A stretch of DNA of 64,000 nucleotides. It comes from Myxococcota bacterium. Lineage in GTDB: Bacteria; Myxococcota_A; Polyangia; HGW-17. Under the pieces are notes generated by a model, which saw only the letters and a list, made by a program, of their open reading frames with translations, ran no database searches and was not told where the DNA came from. The stretch is from the NCBI GenBank assembly GCA_018821305.1, contig JAHJMN010000131.1, positions 44,106-108,105 of the forward strand, written 5' to 3'. Every line of letters begins with the position of its first letter. The stretch's first letter is position 1. The position numbers and the translations under genes are program-made. This document shows positions 29,059-39,129 of the stretch, piece after piece.

Positions 29059-30803
29059 GAATTACCGCTGCCCTTCACTCTTTTGATCCGTGGCCTGGTG
29101 AAGTTGTAGAAAATAAAAATAAAATTATTAATAAGATCGATGAATACCGACACAAAGCAGATATTCTGGTTTTTCCGGAAATGTCACTTCCCGGTTATTG
29201 TATCGGAGATTTACATAAAGATTCTGAATTTATAAATCTTCAGGAAAATGCTCTCAAAGAAATAATTAATGCATCTGAAGGAATTACAGTAATTCTTGGG
29301 CTCACAACTCTCGATTTTTCGGGTAAAAAAATGTCTGACGGAACCACTGCCAGATACAATGGTTTTGCCGTTATTTCTAACGGACGCTTGATTAGAATGG
29401 GCAAGAAGACTCTTCTGGTAGACGAAGGTGTTTTAGAAGATTCGAGATATTTTCTACTTGGAAAAAAAGAAGAAATAGAACCTGTTGAAGTAAACATCAG
29501 GGGACAGAAAATACTACTTGGAATAATGATTTGTCAGGATATGTGGGACGACTACTCCGAAGTGAAGGTTGCAGATATTCTGTCGAAAAAAGGAGCTGAT
29601 TTCCTTATTGTTCTAAACTCGAGCCCTTTTTATGTCGGAAAACTGGAAAAACGGATTCAGACAGCACTTCGTAGAGTGTCTGAGACATCTCTTCCATTAC
29701 TTTATGTTAATACAACAGGTATTCAGGATATTGGAAAAAATATTGTCATCTTTGATGGAAGAAGTTTTGCAATTACCCAATCCGGGGTGAAAGTTCAGGA
29801 AGGTTTTCTGACGGAGACTCTTGTCACAACTCTGGAAACAAATGAGAGAATAACTGAATTACCGTTTTGGAAGGCCCAGAACGATGGAATCTCAGTGTTG
29901 GCGGATTCTCTAATTTATACATTAAGGGAGTTTTTTCGCAGAACTAAAGTTTTCACAAGAGCTGTAATTGGCCTGAGTGGCGGTATAGACAGTGCTCTTG
30001 ATGCGCTTTTGATTTCAAAAGCACTTGGAAACAATTCCCTGATTTGTGTAAATATGCCCTCGAAATTTAACAGTGATATAACCAGGAATATAGCGGGAAA
30101 GATCGCTGATGCTTTGGGAGCAGAATATTATATCCATCCAATTCAGGAAATTGTGGATCTCAAAAAGAAGTTACTTGAGCAGAGTCTCGGAGTAGTGTCT
30201 GGATTAACAATAGAAAACCTGCAGGCCAGAGCAAGGGGCAGTATTCTTATGGAATACAGTCAGGAAAAGGCTGCAATGGTTATTGGGAACGGTAATAAGA
30301 CCGAATTTCAGCGAGGATATGCAACGCTTTATGGTGATATTCTTGGAGCAATTATGCCCCTTGGGGATGTTAACAAGTTACTTGTGTTTGCTCTGGCTGC
30401 TTATCTTGATCCGGAAAACAGAATTCTTCCCAGGGAGCTTTTTGAAATAGTGCCCTCAGCAGAACTGAGTGAAGCACATAATATAGCAGAAGGGAAGGGG
30501 GATCCTTTTGATTATTATGTGGAAAGCCCAATCGGGGTGGAAATAGTTGAAAATGCCAGAAGTCCCGAATTGCTGAAACAACTATTTCTTGAGCGAAGTC
30601 TGGATTCAGTACTCTGGATACCTGATCGCCATGGAAGGACAGTGTATGAAAAATTTACACCTGAGGGTTTTTTCATATATGCACAATCAGTTGTACGAGC
30701 CATTCGTAAATCCTATTTCAAACGTGTCCAAGCTCCTCCTATTCCTGTAGTGAGCCCTCGGGCATTTGGTATGGACTATCGGGAAAGTTTGTTTCTGCCG
30801 TGA
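29055..30803 (+). CDS. nadE: glutamine-dependent NAD+ synthetase (CN-hydrolase + NAD synthase domains)
   Basis: The N-terminal nitrilase-like domain has the catalytic 'FPEMSLPGY' and 'MICQDMW'. The C-terminal PP-loop is 'GLSGGIDSAL'. Length is 582 aa. Confidence 0.9.
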   Translation: MRITAALHSFDPWPGEVVENKNKIINKIDEYRHKADILVFPEMSLPGYCIGDLHKDSEFINLQENALKEIINASEGITVILGLTTLDFSGKKMSDGTTARYNGFAVISNGRLIRMGKKTLLVDEGVLEDSRYFLLGKKEEIEPVEVNIRGQKILLGIMICQDMWDDYSEVKVADILSKKGADFLIVLNSSPFYVGKLEKRIQTALRRVSETSLPLLYVNTTGIQDIGKNIVIFDGRSFAITQSGVKVQEGFLTETLVTTLETNERITELPFWKAQNDGISVLADSLIYTLREFFRRTKVFTRAVIGLSGGIDSALDALLISKALGNNSLICVNMPSKFNSDITRNIAGKIADALGAEYYIHPIQEIVDLKKKLLEQSLGVVSGLTIENLQARARGSILMEYSQEKAAMVIGNGNKTEFQRGYATLYGDILGAIMPLGDVNKLLVFALAAYLDPENRILPRELFEIVPSAELSEAHNIAEGKGDPFDYYVESPIGVEIVENARSPELLKQLFLERSLDSVLWIPDRHGRTVYEKFTPEGFFIYAQSVVRAIRKSYFKRVQAPPIPVVSPRAFGMDYRESLFLP

Positions 30804-30918
30804 AAAAGATTTAAAAAGGTTAGAAATTTTTCTAAATTTGAGTAATTTTAAACTAAAACTGAAAGCGTTCTGGATGGAAAAAGCAAGAACCGGGCTTAAA
30901 AGTTTTCAGGATAAATAA

Positions 30919-33900
30919 TTGATGTATGAACTCGGAATGAATCACCAGTATGACTATATCCTGTTTCTTGCGGGCTTTTTCTTTATCATAAGTTCATTTT
31001 TTCTGCGATCCATGGTTTCTAACAGATTCAAAGAGAGACTATGGACAGTTTTTTCCTATGCCCTGTTTTTTCACGGTATTTTTCTTCTTCTGAAAATGGT
31101 TCAGGTATCAAACCAGGTTAACTGGTTAAAATATCCCGGCTTTTTTTCATCTCTTATCGGCTGGTTTTTTATTCTTGAATTCAACATTAGGTACATCAGG
31201 GGGTCGCCGGGACAAGGGTTTATCAGGTATGCTTCTATTGCGGGAATTCTACCCGTTGCGGGGTTTTTACACAGTTATGAAATGGCATTTACCATCATGT
31301 CGCTTATGGGAAGCATTTTACTGTGTATCAGTTGTTTTTTTGTAATTACAAAACCCCGACTTAAAATATTAAAAACCCGTGACTACATTTATGTCTTTTT
31401 CGCATGTTTATCTGTTTTGCTGGCCGTAATCAGTAGTCTTCCAGAAGCTTCATTTTTTCCAAATCGGATAATCAATGAATACAGGGTGTGGCGATTTTTA
31501 AAATTCCCTCCTGCGGTTTTTGAAGCTTTTACCGGTTCGGTGTGCATTTATTTTGGGATACTTCTGAGAAATCATCTTAAAAGAAAACGTTTTAAAAACG
31601 TTGATATTTCAAAATCTTTTCGATGGGATTCCCTCGTTGTTTTTATGTTGCTCGTCACAATGGGACTTGGCTTTTATGCCACAAAATCCGTAAATGAGAA
31701 AACAGATAAAACCCTCAGGGAGGATTTCATTAAAAGAGCAAGTACAGCAGCAGCGGCCATGAATCCTGAGCGAGTTAAAAAACTCCGAGGGCTTTTATCA
31801 GATGAAAATGACATAAATTTTTTGCGTCTTAAAAGCCAACTTGCCAGCGTAAGGAAAGTAAACAGTGATTCACGCTTTGTGTATATATGCGGAAAACGCG
31901 GTAAAAACATTGTTTTCCTTCTTGATTCAGAAACTGCGACTTCAAAAGATTATTCTCCACCGGGACAGGTTTATTCCGAAGCGAGTGTTCAACTCAGGAG
32001 GACTTTTAAGACGGGAAAAGCTGTTGTTGAAGGGCCTGTGAAAGATCGCTGGGGAACCTGGGTAAGCAGTTTTATTCCCATTAAAGATGCCGATGGCAGT
32101 GTTTTAGCTGTGCTTGGAATGGATGTTAATGCAGATCGCTGGTCCGCTTATCTTTCCCGCAGTAGATTTGTTGTAATACTTGTTATAATGCTTCTTAATA
32201 CTTTGATTCTGTTTCTATATTTTGCTTATCAGAAAAAACTGGAATCAAGTTGGGAAGAAATTGAAAAAGCAAGACTCTCAGAAAGATACAACGCTATACT
32301 TTTAAGTCTCAGTTCACGCTATTTTTCCAATTTAAAAAAAGGTGTGCATTCCTGGCTTGAGAAAACAGGGGAGGTTCTGGGGTCAAATATCATTGGTCTA
32401 TGGCGGCTTAAGTCCGGAAGATTGGTTTGCAAATATAAAATTGAAAATGAAGTGTTTCAAAAGGAAGTAACTTCAAGACAGTTGAGCCTTGAGGATACAA
32501 AAAATTTGAATAGAGCTTTTAAAAAGGAATTTATTTACATAGAAACCATTGATTCTCAGGACGGATACAATATTCTGAAGTCCCCTTGTTTTTCACGATT
32601 TCAAAACAGCACCCTTATACTTTGTGCTCTGGCTGAAGATGGTCAAGCGAATACAATGATTTCGATTATATTGCCGGGAACAGCAAAAGTTTCCAAAGAA
32701 TTGAGGTCATTTCTTCACGGGGTAATGAATTCACTAAATCTGTTTTTAGAAAAGTATACTCGTCTGGAGACTCAGGCGAAACTTCGCAAAGGCGATAAAC
32801 TCCTTAATATGATACTCGAATCCATGCCAAATCCGGTATTTTATAAGGATGTTGCGGGAAAATACGTGAAATGTAACCGGGAGTTTGCGGAATATGTAGG
32901 AAGATCTAAAAACTGGATAATCGGAAAAACTGTATTTGATGTAATAACCCCGGAATTTGCGGAAAAATACACGGATTCAGATAGATTGCTTATAGATAAA
33001 GGTGGAACACAGATTTATGAATCCCGTTTTCTTCGTAATCAGAAGGAAATGAGAGATGTTATATTTTATAAACGTGCTCTAACCGATGACCAGAGCCGGA
33101 TTCAAGGAATTATCGGAGTAATTATTGATATTACTGACCGCAAGAAGATGGAGATTGCTTTAGCTGAAAGTGAGCAGAAGTATCGTACTTTAGTGGAAAA
33201 CAGTTCCGATATTATTTACTCGCTGGAACTTGATGGAACTCTTTCTTATATCTCAAACGGTGTCCTTCGTTATGGTTATACGGTTGAAGAAATAATCGGC
33301 AAGAATATTGCCCTGTTTCTTCATAAAGATGATGTTGAAAAAACACTGAATTCATTTGCTGCGGGCGTAATTTCCAATGATCTTAAAGTCATTACTTTCA
33401 GAATAATCAGCAAGTCCGGATCCATACATTACATGGAGGAATACGGCTCGTTTATGTGTGATGACAATGGAAATATCCGCCAGATTATAGGTATTCTCAG
33501 GGATATAACCGAACGAATTGAAACAGAAAATAGTATACTTGCAGAAAAAGAGAAAACCGAAGCAATGAATCGGGAGTTACAGAAATCTATTATGATTTCC
33601 AATGAACTGGCTCTCCGGGCTCAGGAAGCGAATATTGCTAAAAGTGCTTTTCTCGCAAATATGAGTCATGAAATAAGAACGCCAATGAACGGAATTATAG
33701 GAATGACTCAATTGCTGATAAATACAAACCTTACTCCTCAGCAGAAAGAATATGCATCTATTGTTATTAAGAGCTCGGAATCACTCTTGAGCATAATCAA
33801 TGATATACTTGATTTTTCTAAAATCGAAGCGGGTAAAATTAGTCTGGAAAATGTTTATTTCAATGTTGAAAATACCCTGGAAGAACTTATGGAAATCCTG

Positions 33901-35106
33901 TCACTGAAGGCATGGGAAAAAGGTCTTGAAGTTGTTTACAGTGTTGATAATGCGCTCAAATGGAAGGTTTCCGGTGATGAAGGTCGTTTTCGTCAGGTAC
34001 TTACAAATCTCGTAGGAAATGCCGTTAAATTCACGGAAAAAGGATGGATTTCTCTTGATGTTAAAGTCATTTCGGAAACCCCATCTTCGGTTGAACTTGA
34101 GTTTACTGTTTCAGATACCGGGATTGGTATTCCACCGCAAGAAATTGACCGATTGTTTAAACCTTTCACACAGATAGATGCCTCAACAACTCGAAAATAT
34201 GGTGGAACAGGACTTGGATTGAGTATTACATCTCATCTCCTGAAACTGATGGATGGGTCAATCAATGTGGAATCCACGGAGGGTCAAGGAAGTCGTTTTA
34301 TTTTCAAACTATCATTTTTAAAAGGCGAACAAATAGAGGATGGGACAGGATTTGCAGGAAGGATTCTGGTTATTGAAAAATCAGGACTGTCTGGAAAAAT
34401 GCTTGAAAAGTTGCTTTTATCCATGGGTTTTGAAGTACAGGTTGTTTCAAAAATTGAAGATGCAAAGGATCTTGAACCTTCAGCGTTCAGGAAAATATTT
34501 ATTGATGTAAATATGCTGGAAGACTCAGTTGTTAATAAACTCATTTCTACTTCCAAACCCTCGGGAGTCTATATTCTATCCCGTCCAGGTGAGAAAATTC
34601 CTCATAATTTTGCTTTAAGAACTCTTTCCCGCCCTGTTAAACGCAGCGAAATTGTGAAAGTATTCATGGAATCCGTAAGACTCAGATTATCCAGTCTCAA
34701 ACAAATGACACCGCCCCGAGTAATCAGTTCTGCGAAAATTCTTGTAGTGGAAGACAATATTATAAATCAGAAGGTAGCTGTTAAATTTCTTGAAAAACTC
34801 GGTTGCAGTGTAGATGTGGCATTTACCGGAAACGAAGCAATCAGAGCACTGGAACTCAAACCTTATGATATTGTTTTTATGGATGTTCAGATGCCGGAAC
34901 TTGATGGTCTTGAGGCAACGAGAATAATTCGGAGCCGTGAAAGAAATAATGGCGATGCCCACATAATTATTATTGCCATGACGGCCCATGCCATGAAGGG
35001 CGACAGGGAAAAATGTCTGGAAGCAGGCATGGATGACTATATTTCAAAGCCTGTAAAACCCGATGTGATGGAAGAAATTATTACAAAGTATTTCATTGGA
35101 AGTTGA
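30919..35106 (+). CDS. large hybrid sensor histidine kinase (multi-TM sensor, PAS domains, HisKA-HATPase, two receiver domains)
   Basis: About eight N-terminal TM helices and a periplasmic-like sensor. PAS motifs 'PNPVFYKDVAGKYVKCNREFAEYVG' and 'SSDIIYSLELDGTLSYIS'. HisKA 'ANMSHEIRTPMNGIIGMTQLL', HATPase 'GTGLGLSI'. The C-terminal receiver is 'ILVVEDNIINQ...IVFMDVQMPELDG'. Confidence 0.85.
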   Translation: MMYELGMNHQYDYILFLAGFFFIISSFFLRSMVSNRFKERLWTVFSYALFFHGIFLLLKMVQVSNQVNWLKYPGFFSSLIGWFFILEFNIRYIRGSPGQGFIRYASIAGILPVAGFLHSYEMAFTIMSLMGSILLCISCFFVITKPRLKILKTRDYIYVFFACLSVLLAVISSLPEASFFPNRIINEYRVWRFLKFPPAVFEAFTGSVCIYFGILLRNHLKRKRFKNVDISKSFRWDSLVVFMLLVTMGLGFYATKSVNEKTDKTLREDFIKRASTAAAAMNPERVKKLRGLLSDENDINFLRLKSQLASVRKVNSDSRFVYICGKRGKNIVFLLDSETATSKDYSPPGQVYSEASVQLRRTFKTGKAVVEGPVKDRWGTWVSSFIPIKDADGSVLAVLGMDVNADRWSAYLSRSRFVVILVIMLLNTLILFLYFAYQKKLESSWEEIEKARLSERYNAILLSLSSRYFSNLKKGVHSWLEKTGEVLGSNIIGLWRLKSGRLVCKYKIENEVFQKEVTSRQLSLEDTKNLNRAFKKEFIYIETIDSQDGYNILKSPCFSRFQNSTLILCALAEDGQANTMISIILPGTAKVSKELRSFLHGVMNSLNLFLEKYTRLETQAKLRKGDKLLNMILESMPNPVFYKDVAGKYVKCNREFAEYVGRSKNWIIGKTVFDVITPEFAEKYTDSDRLLIDKGGTQIYESRFLRNQKEMRDVIFYKRALTDDQSRIQGIIGVIIDITDRKKMEIALAESEQKYRTLVENSSDIIYSLELDGTLSYISNGVLRYGYTVEEIIGKNIALFLHKDDVEKTLNSFAAGVISNDLKVITFRIISKSGSIHYMEEYGSFMCDDNGNIRQIIGILRDITERIETENSILAEKEKTEAMNRELQKSIMISNELALRAQEANIAKSAFLANMSHEIRTPMNGIIGMTQLLINTNLTPQQKEYASIVIKSSESLLSIINDILDFSKIEAGKISLENVYFNVENTLEELMEILSLKAWEKGLEVVYSVDNALKWKVSGDEGRFRQVLTNLVGNAVKFTEKGWISLDVKVISETPSSVELEFTVSDTGIGIPPQEIDRLFKPFTQIDASTTRKYGGTGLGLSITSHLLKLMDGSINVESTEGQGSRFIFKLSFLKGEQIEDGTGFAGRILVIEKSGLSGKMLEKLLLSMGFEVQVVSKIEDAKDLEPSAFRKIFIDVNMLEDSVVNKLISTSKPSGVYILSRPGEKIPHNFALRTLSRPVKRSEIVKVFMESVRLRLSSLKQMTPPRVISSAKILVVEDNIINQKVAVKFLEKLGCSVDVAFTGNEAIRALELKPYDIVFMDVQMPELDGLEATRIIRSRERNNGDAHIIIIAMTAHAMKGDREKCLEAGMDDYISKPVKPDVMEEIITKYFIGS

Positions 35107-35270
35107 ACATAAGGATTTTATTACAGAGGAGCCTGTTAGAGATTTTAATAAATTTCTTCGCGAAGCGAATTACAGGACACGAACTATTTACAAGATACAA
35201 CCTCAGGTTAAAGCCCCTGATTGTACTGTTACTGTTACTGCTACTGATTACCTGTGCCCTGATTGTTTTT

Positions 35271-35455
35271 AACAGGGAATCAGGAAAACAGGGAATCAGG
35301 AAAACAGGGAATCAGGAAAACAGGGAATCAGGAAAACAGGAAAACAGGAAAACAGGGAATCAGGAAAACAGAATCAGGAAATCAGGGAATCAGGGAATCA
35401 GGGAATCAGGGAATCAGGGAATCAGGGAATCAGGGAATCAGGAAAACAGAATCAG
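35271..35455. repeat. compound microsatellite: (CAGGGAATCAGGAAAA)~5 then (ATCAGGGA)~8
   Basis: Direct reading shows 16-bp and then 8-bp perfect tandem units between the convergent 3' ends of the hybrid-kinase and Sel1 genes. The repeat generates spurious ORFs 35103..35477 and 35263..35586. Confidence 0.9.
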
Positions 35456-35534
35456 GAGCAGCGGGAGTTTACTTTGAAGGGAAGTGTTTTTGTGGCATCA
35501 AAACGAGTGACTATCTTATTACTAAGGACAGTAA

Positions 35535-36983
35535 CTATTTACAAGCGGGATTTGTGGGATCAATAAGGCATCCTTTTTTAATGTAATTTTTCGCCGCGGT
35601 TTCATTTTTATAAAAATATGGGCCGCTTATCCGGTGGGCTTTTGCAGCGGCAAAACAGCTCGGGGCATGACCAAGGGTACAGAAAGACTTGATTTTCATA
35701 GCAAAAGTAGAATCAATTGTGAAAAGCTTTTTCTCAATACCAACATCCAGGAGAGCGGCACAGGCATCCGCATGATTGTTTTTGCATGACGCCATTGCAA
35801 GAGAAACGCCGGTTTTTTCGTCTCCGTCGGTGGCGGTTTTTGTAATATACATAATTCCAAGAGCTCCACAAGCCTGCCCATTTGTGGGGTACTTCTGGTT
35901 CTGGTAACTATAATGACGGTAACGATAATATCGGTATCTATTGTAATTGTTAGATTTATAGCATTTTGAATAGAGCAACTTAGCTGCGGACGCAGGATCT
36001 GCTTTCATCCCGATACCGGTGGCCATTGCCTGAGCATAGTGAACACAGCCATTCTCACTGCCCATGAAGCAACTGCGCCGGAAAATATCAGTTCCTTTAT
36101 CTTTATCTCCAGTTTGAGTAAATGAAATACCCAGTTCAATGCATGCATCATCCTCTCCCTTGATGCAGTTATCTTTGAGTATCCGATGGGCCTCGTCGCG
36201 ATTTTTAGTTCCAAACCACGCCCCCGTAAGAGCTTTTGCCTGGAATATACATGCTCGTCGGTAACCGGTTTGACATAGAGTTTTAAGGGAATCATAGTAG
36301 GAGATGGAGGATTTGAAACTCGTCAATCCCGATAATATCAGTCGAAAACTGTTAAGACATCCCGTATGATGACCATAGCGACAGGAAAGCAAATAATACT
36401 CTATGCTTTCAGACATTTGTCTTCTTCGTTCTCGCAGCGTAGCCGCCATTTCACAACTGAGAGCACTTTTTGCACGACAACCGGCGGTATATATTCCCTC
36501 AAGGGTCGCAGTGTCAAGTCGGAGAAATCCAATCCGGTGGATATTATTTCTCAACTCATCACACCACTGCCGATTTCCCTTACGACAAAGGTCATAACTG
36601 TAGTTGAAAAAATCACGAAATTGGTCCTGAGAAAGTCCACGTGAGAGTTCGGTAGTATACAGGAGTTCGCATCCCCATGAGATTTTCTTTGAACATATGT
36701 TTTCAGTGATATTTATAAGATGAGTTCGTTTTTCATAATCGGTATTAAGGGGGATAATATCAGTAAGAATAGATTTCAGGCTATCACAGGCTTGTTGATT
36801 ACCTTTAAGGCATTCGGAACTGTAAATATCAAGGCTACGGGAATTGTTTTCTTTTTCATATTTTTGAGCACATGCGATGGAAGCGGAATTGGCGCAATCC
36901 ACTGTTTTAGGCTGTGTGCCATCAGAGTTCTTAGAGCATGAAATAAAAATAAAAAGCAGCCCGACTGAAAGAAATCTATACAT
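35535..36983 (-). CDS. Sel1-like repeat (Helicobacter cysteine-rich protein-like) lipoprotein
   Basis: Lipobox (FIFISC). Many repeats with paired Cys about 36 aa apart, such as 'QACGALGIMYITK...DACAAL', are typical of Sel1/Hcp beta-lactamase-like repeats. Confidence 0.75.
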   Translation of the reverse strand: MYRFLSVGLLFIFISCSKNSDGTQPKTVDCANSASIACAQKYEKENNSRSLDIYSSECLKGNQQACDSLKSILTDIIPLNTDYEKRTHLINITENICSKKISWGCELLYTTELSRGLSQDQFRDFFNYSYDLCRKGNRQWCDELRNNIHRIGFLRLDTATLEGIYTAGCRAKSALSCEMAATLRERRRQMSESIEYYLLSCRYGHHTGCLNSFRLILSGLTSFKSSISYYDSLKTLCQTGYRRACIFQAKALTGAWFGTKNRDEAHRILKDNCIKGEDDACIELGISFTQTGDKDKGTDIFRRSCFMGSENGCVHYAQAMATGIGMKADPASAAKLLYSKCYKSNNYNRYRYYRYRHYSYQNQKYPTNGQACGALGIMYITKTATDGDEKTGVSLAMASCKNNHADACAALLDVGIEKKLFTIDSTFAMKIKSFCTLGHAPSCFAAAKAHRISGPYFYKNETAAKNYIKKGCLIDPTNPACK

Positions 36984-37147
36984 TTAAAACCCCTTCCGAG
37001 GATATGATCCTGAATTTATTATCTACTGCTCTCGTTGTAAAGTACAAAACCTGACTTTATAAATTTGTATTGATTAAAGTGAACCTGTCGCTGATTATTA
37101 TTTTGTATCATCAATTTATTATCCTTGGATTTGAGTAAATGTTTCTG

Positions 37148-37300
37148 ATCCTGATTTTTTTAGCAGGGATTCAGGAAGTCAGGAAAACAGGGAACAGGAG
37201 TCAGGGCGTAAACATTCAATATCAATAAATAATTACAAAAAGACACTGCTTTTAACTCACTTTCCAGATTTCGATCCTTATTATTCAAAAGCGGTTCTGG
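37148..37300. repeat. dispersed CAGG-rich element copy, in the divergent promoter region between the Sel1 gene and pfk
   Basis: 'CCTGATTTTTTTAGCAGGGATTCAGGAAGTCAGGAAAACAGGGAACAGGAGTCAGGGCGTAAACATTCAATATCAATAAATAATTACAAAAAG...TTTCCAGATTTCGATCC'. Confidence 0.75.
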
Positions 37301-37385
37301 TTGCCAAAACCAAGATCTAAAATAATCGTGTAAATAATTTTCAAAGTGGTAATATACGGCGAACTTTTTGAGGAGGTACTTTACC

Positions 37386-38591
37386 ATGAGAGCAATCGGA
37401 ATCATAACCAGCGGCGGCGATTGTGCCGGTCTTAACGCAGTAGTAAAAGGCGTAGGTCTTACCTGTGCTCACTACGGCATTAAAGCAATGATTATCCCTA
37501 ACGGCTATGCCGGATTATACAATCTTATTGAGTTTGATACCCTTACGGAACTCAGCCTTCAGAGGCTCGAAGATGTAAATGTTTCCCTTGCAGGCAGTGA
37601 AGCGGGTCACAGTCGCGTTAAAATTTCAAAAATTTCAGATCCGAATAAATATGGACGTATTAAAGCTGGTCTCGAAAAATTCGGAATTGACGGCTTAATC
37701 ATAAGCGGTGGGGATGACACGGGGTCCGTTATTGTAGACCTTAATAATAACGGTATTAAATGTATTCATGCCCCCAAAACAATGGATCTTGATCTCAACT
37801 CATATTCCGTTGGTGGCGATTCAACCATAAACCGTATTTCAGATATGGTTCGGGATCTCAAAACTACCGGTAGAACTCATAATCGTATTATGGTTATTGA
37901 AGTTTTCGGCCGCTATGCTGGGCACACGGCTTTCCGTGGCGGTATTGCATCCGGAGCCGCAGCGATTCTGATACCTGAAATTCCAGTGGATTTCGACCAG
38001 TTGTATCAGCATATGAAGCGCGTTTATTGGCGCCGTGTAATTGACAGTGATGTCCATGCGGGAACATACTCCATCGTTGTTGCTGAAGGCATGAAAAACG
38101 CTGATGGGACTGAACTTTATGATGAAACTGCCGGAGTGGATAGTTTTGGTCATAAAAAACTCGCGGGAGCGGGGAGATTTGTTGTTCAGGAACTCCAGCG
38201 TCGGGTGAAAGAAGATCCTGACACTGCAGGCCTTATGAAGGAAGCTGGAATGTACGTTGAAGGACTTTATGAAATTCCTGAAATCCGTCAGGTTCAGCCG
38301 GGACACCTTGTTCGAAGCGGTGGTTCAAGTGCATATGACGTCAATTTCGGCCTCTGTGCCGGAATGGGCAGTGTTGAACTTCTTCGCAACGGATTCACCG
38401 GAGTCAGTGTTGTAGAGGTTAAAGGAACCCAAATCCGTTGGCAGAAAACGGAAGATCTCATTAAACAACGTCATGTTGATCTCGACGAAGTGAAATTCTT
38501 TGAAAATCTTGATATCTGCTTCGGCCGCAAACCCACGGAAGTAAGCCCGGAATTCAAAGAAGTCATCGGAAAAGTCGATCGCATTTACTGA
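37386..38591 (+). CDS. pfk: 6-phosphofructokinase (PPi-dependent or ATP-dependent, PfkA family)
   Basis: 'IGIITSGGDCAGLNAV', 'ISGGDDTG' and 'MVIEVFGRYAGHTA' are present. GAGGAGG lies 9 nt upstream of the ATG at 37386. Confidence 0.88.
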   Translation: MRAIGIITSGGDCAGLNAVVKGVGLTCAHYGIKAMIIPNGYAGLYNLIEFDTLTELSLQRLEDVNVSLAGSEAGHSRVKISKISDPNKYGRIKAGLEKFGIDGLIISGGDDTGSVIVDLNNNGIKCIHAPKTMDLDLNSYSVGGDSTINRISDMVRDLKTTGRTHNRIMVIEVFGRYAGHTAFRGGIASGAAAILIPEIPVDFDQLYQHMKRVYWRRVIDSDVHAGTYSIVVAEGMKNADGTELYDETAGVDSFGHKKLAGAGRFVVQELQRRVKEDPDTAGLMKEAGMYVEGLYEIPEIRQVQPGHLVRSGGSSAYDVNFGLCAGMGSVELLRNGFTGVSVVEVKGTQIRWQKTEDLIKQRHVDLDEVKFFENLDICFGRKPTEVSPEFKEVIGKVDRIY

Positions 38592-38639
38592 TCGTTTTTC
38601 ATTCCCGAATCTTTCGTGAATTAAATTTCAGGGTATAAA

Positions 38640-39113
38640 ATGGCTAAATCAAAAAAGAAGCAGTCCACCATCAGTGGTAAACTGATTTGCAATAATCGCC
38701 GGGCGTTTTTTGATTATGAAATTGTCGAGCGAATGGAAGCAGGCATTTCCCTCGTTGGAAGTGAAGTCAAGTCCATCCGGGGTGGAAAAGTTTCCATTGC
38801 CGATGCTTATTGCGAAGTAGAGGGTGGAGAATTATGGCTTATTAATGCCAATATTACGGAATATCCCTGGGCCAATCAGTTCAATCATACTCCCCGTCGA
38901 AAACGAAAACTGCTTATGCACCGGTACGAAATTATCCGTCTTGGTGTAAAAGTAGTCGAAAAAGGCCTCACTTTGATTCCTCTGAATATGTACATCAGTG
39001 AAAAAGGAAAAATCAAAGTGGAAATTGCTCTTGTAAAAGGCAAAAAACTGCACGATAAAAGAGAGAGTATAAAAGAAAAGGACGAACGGAGACTTCGACG
39101 ATATATCGATTGA
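38640..39113 (+). CDS. smpB: SsrA-binding protein SmpB
   Basis: 'ICNNRRAFFDYEI...GISLVGSEVKSIRGGKVSIADAYC' and a basic C-terminal tail are present. Length is 157 aa. Confidence 0.9.
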   Translation: MAKSKKKQSTISGKLICNNRRAFFDYEIVERMEAGISLVGSEVKSIRGGKVSIADAYCEVEGGELWLINANITEYPWANQFNHTPRRKRKLLMHRYEIIRLGVKVVEKGLTLIPLNMYISEKGKIKVEIALVKGKKLHDKRESIKEKDERRLRRYID

Positions 39114-39129
39114 CCACGGTGAGGTTTAT

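Noticed and set aside
35103-35586. ORF-track CDSs 35103..35477 and 35263..35586 encoding GNQENRESGKQGIRK-type repeats
   Set aside because: They are translations of the CAGGGAAT/CAGGAAAA microsatellite between two convergent gene ends. They overlap each other in different frames and have no SD.
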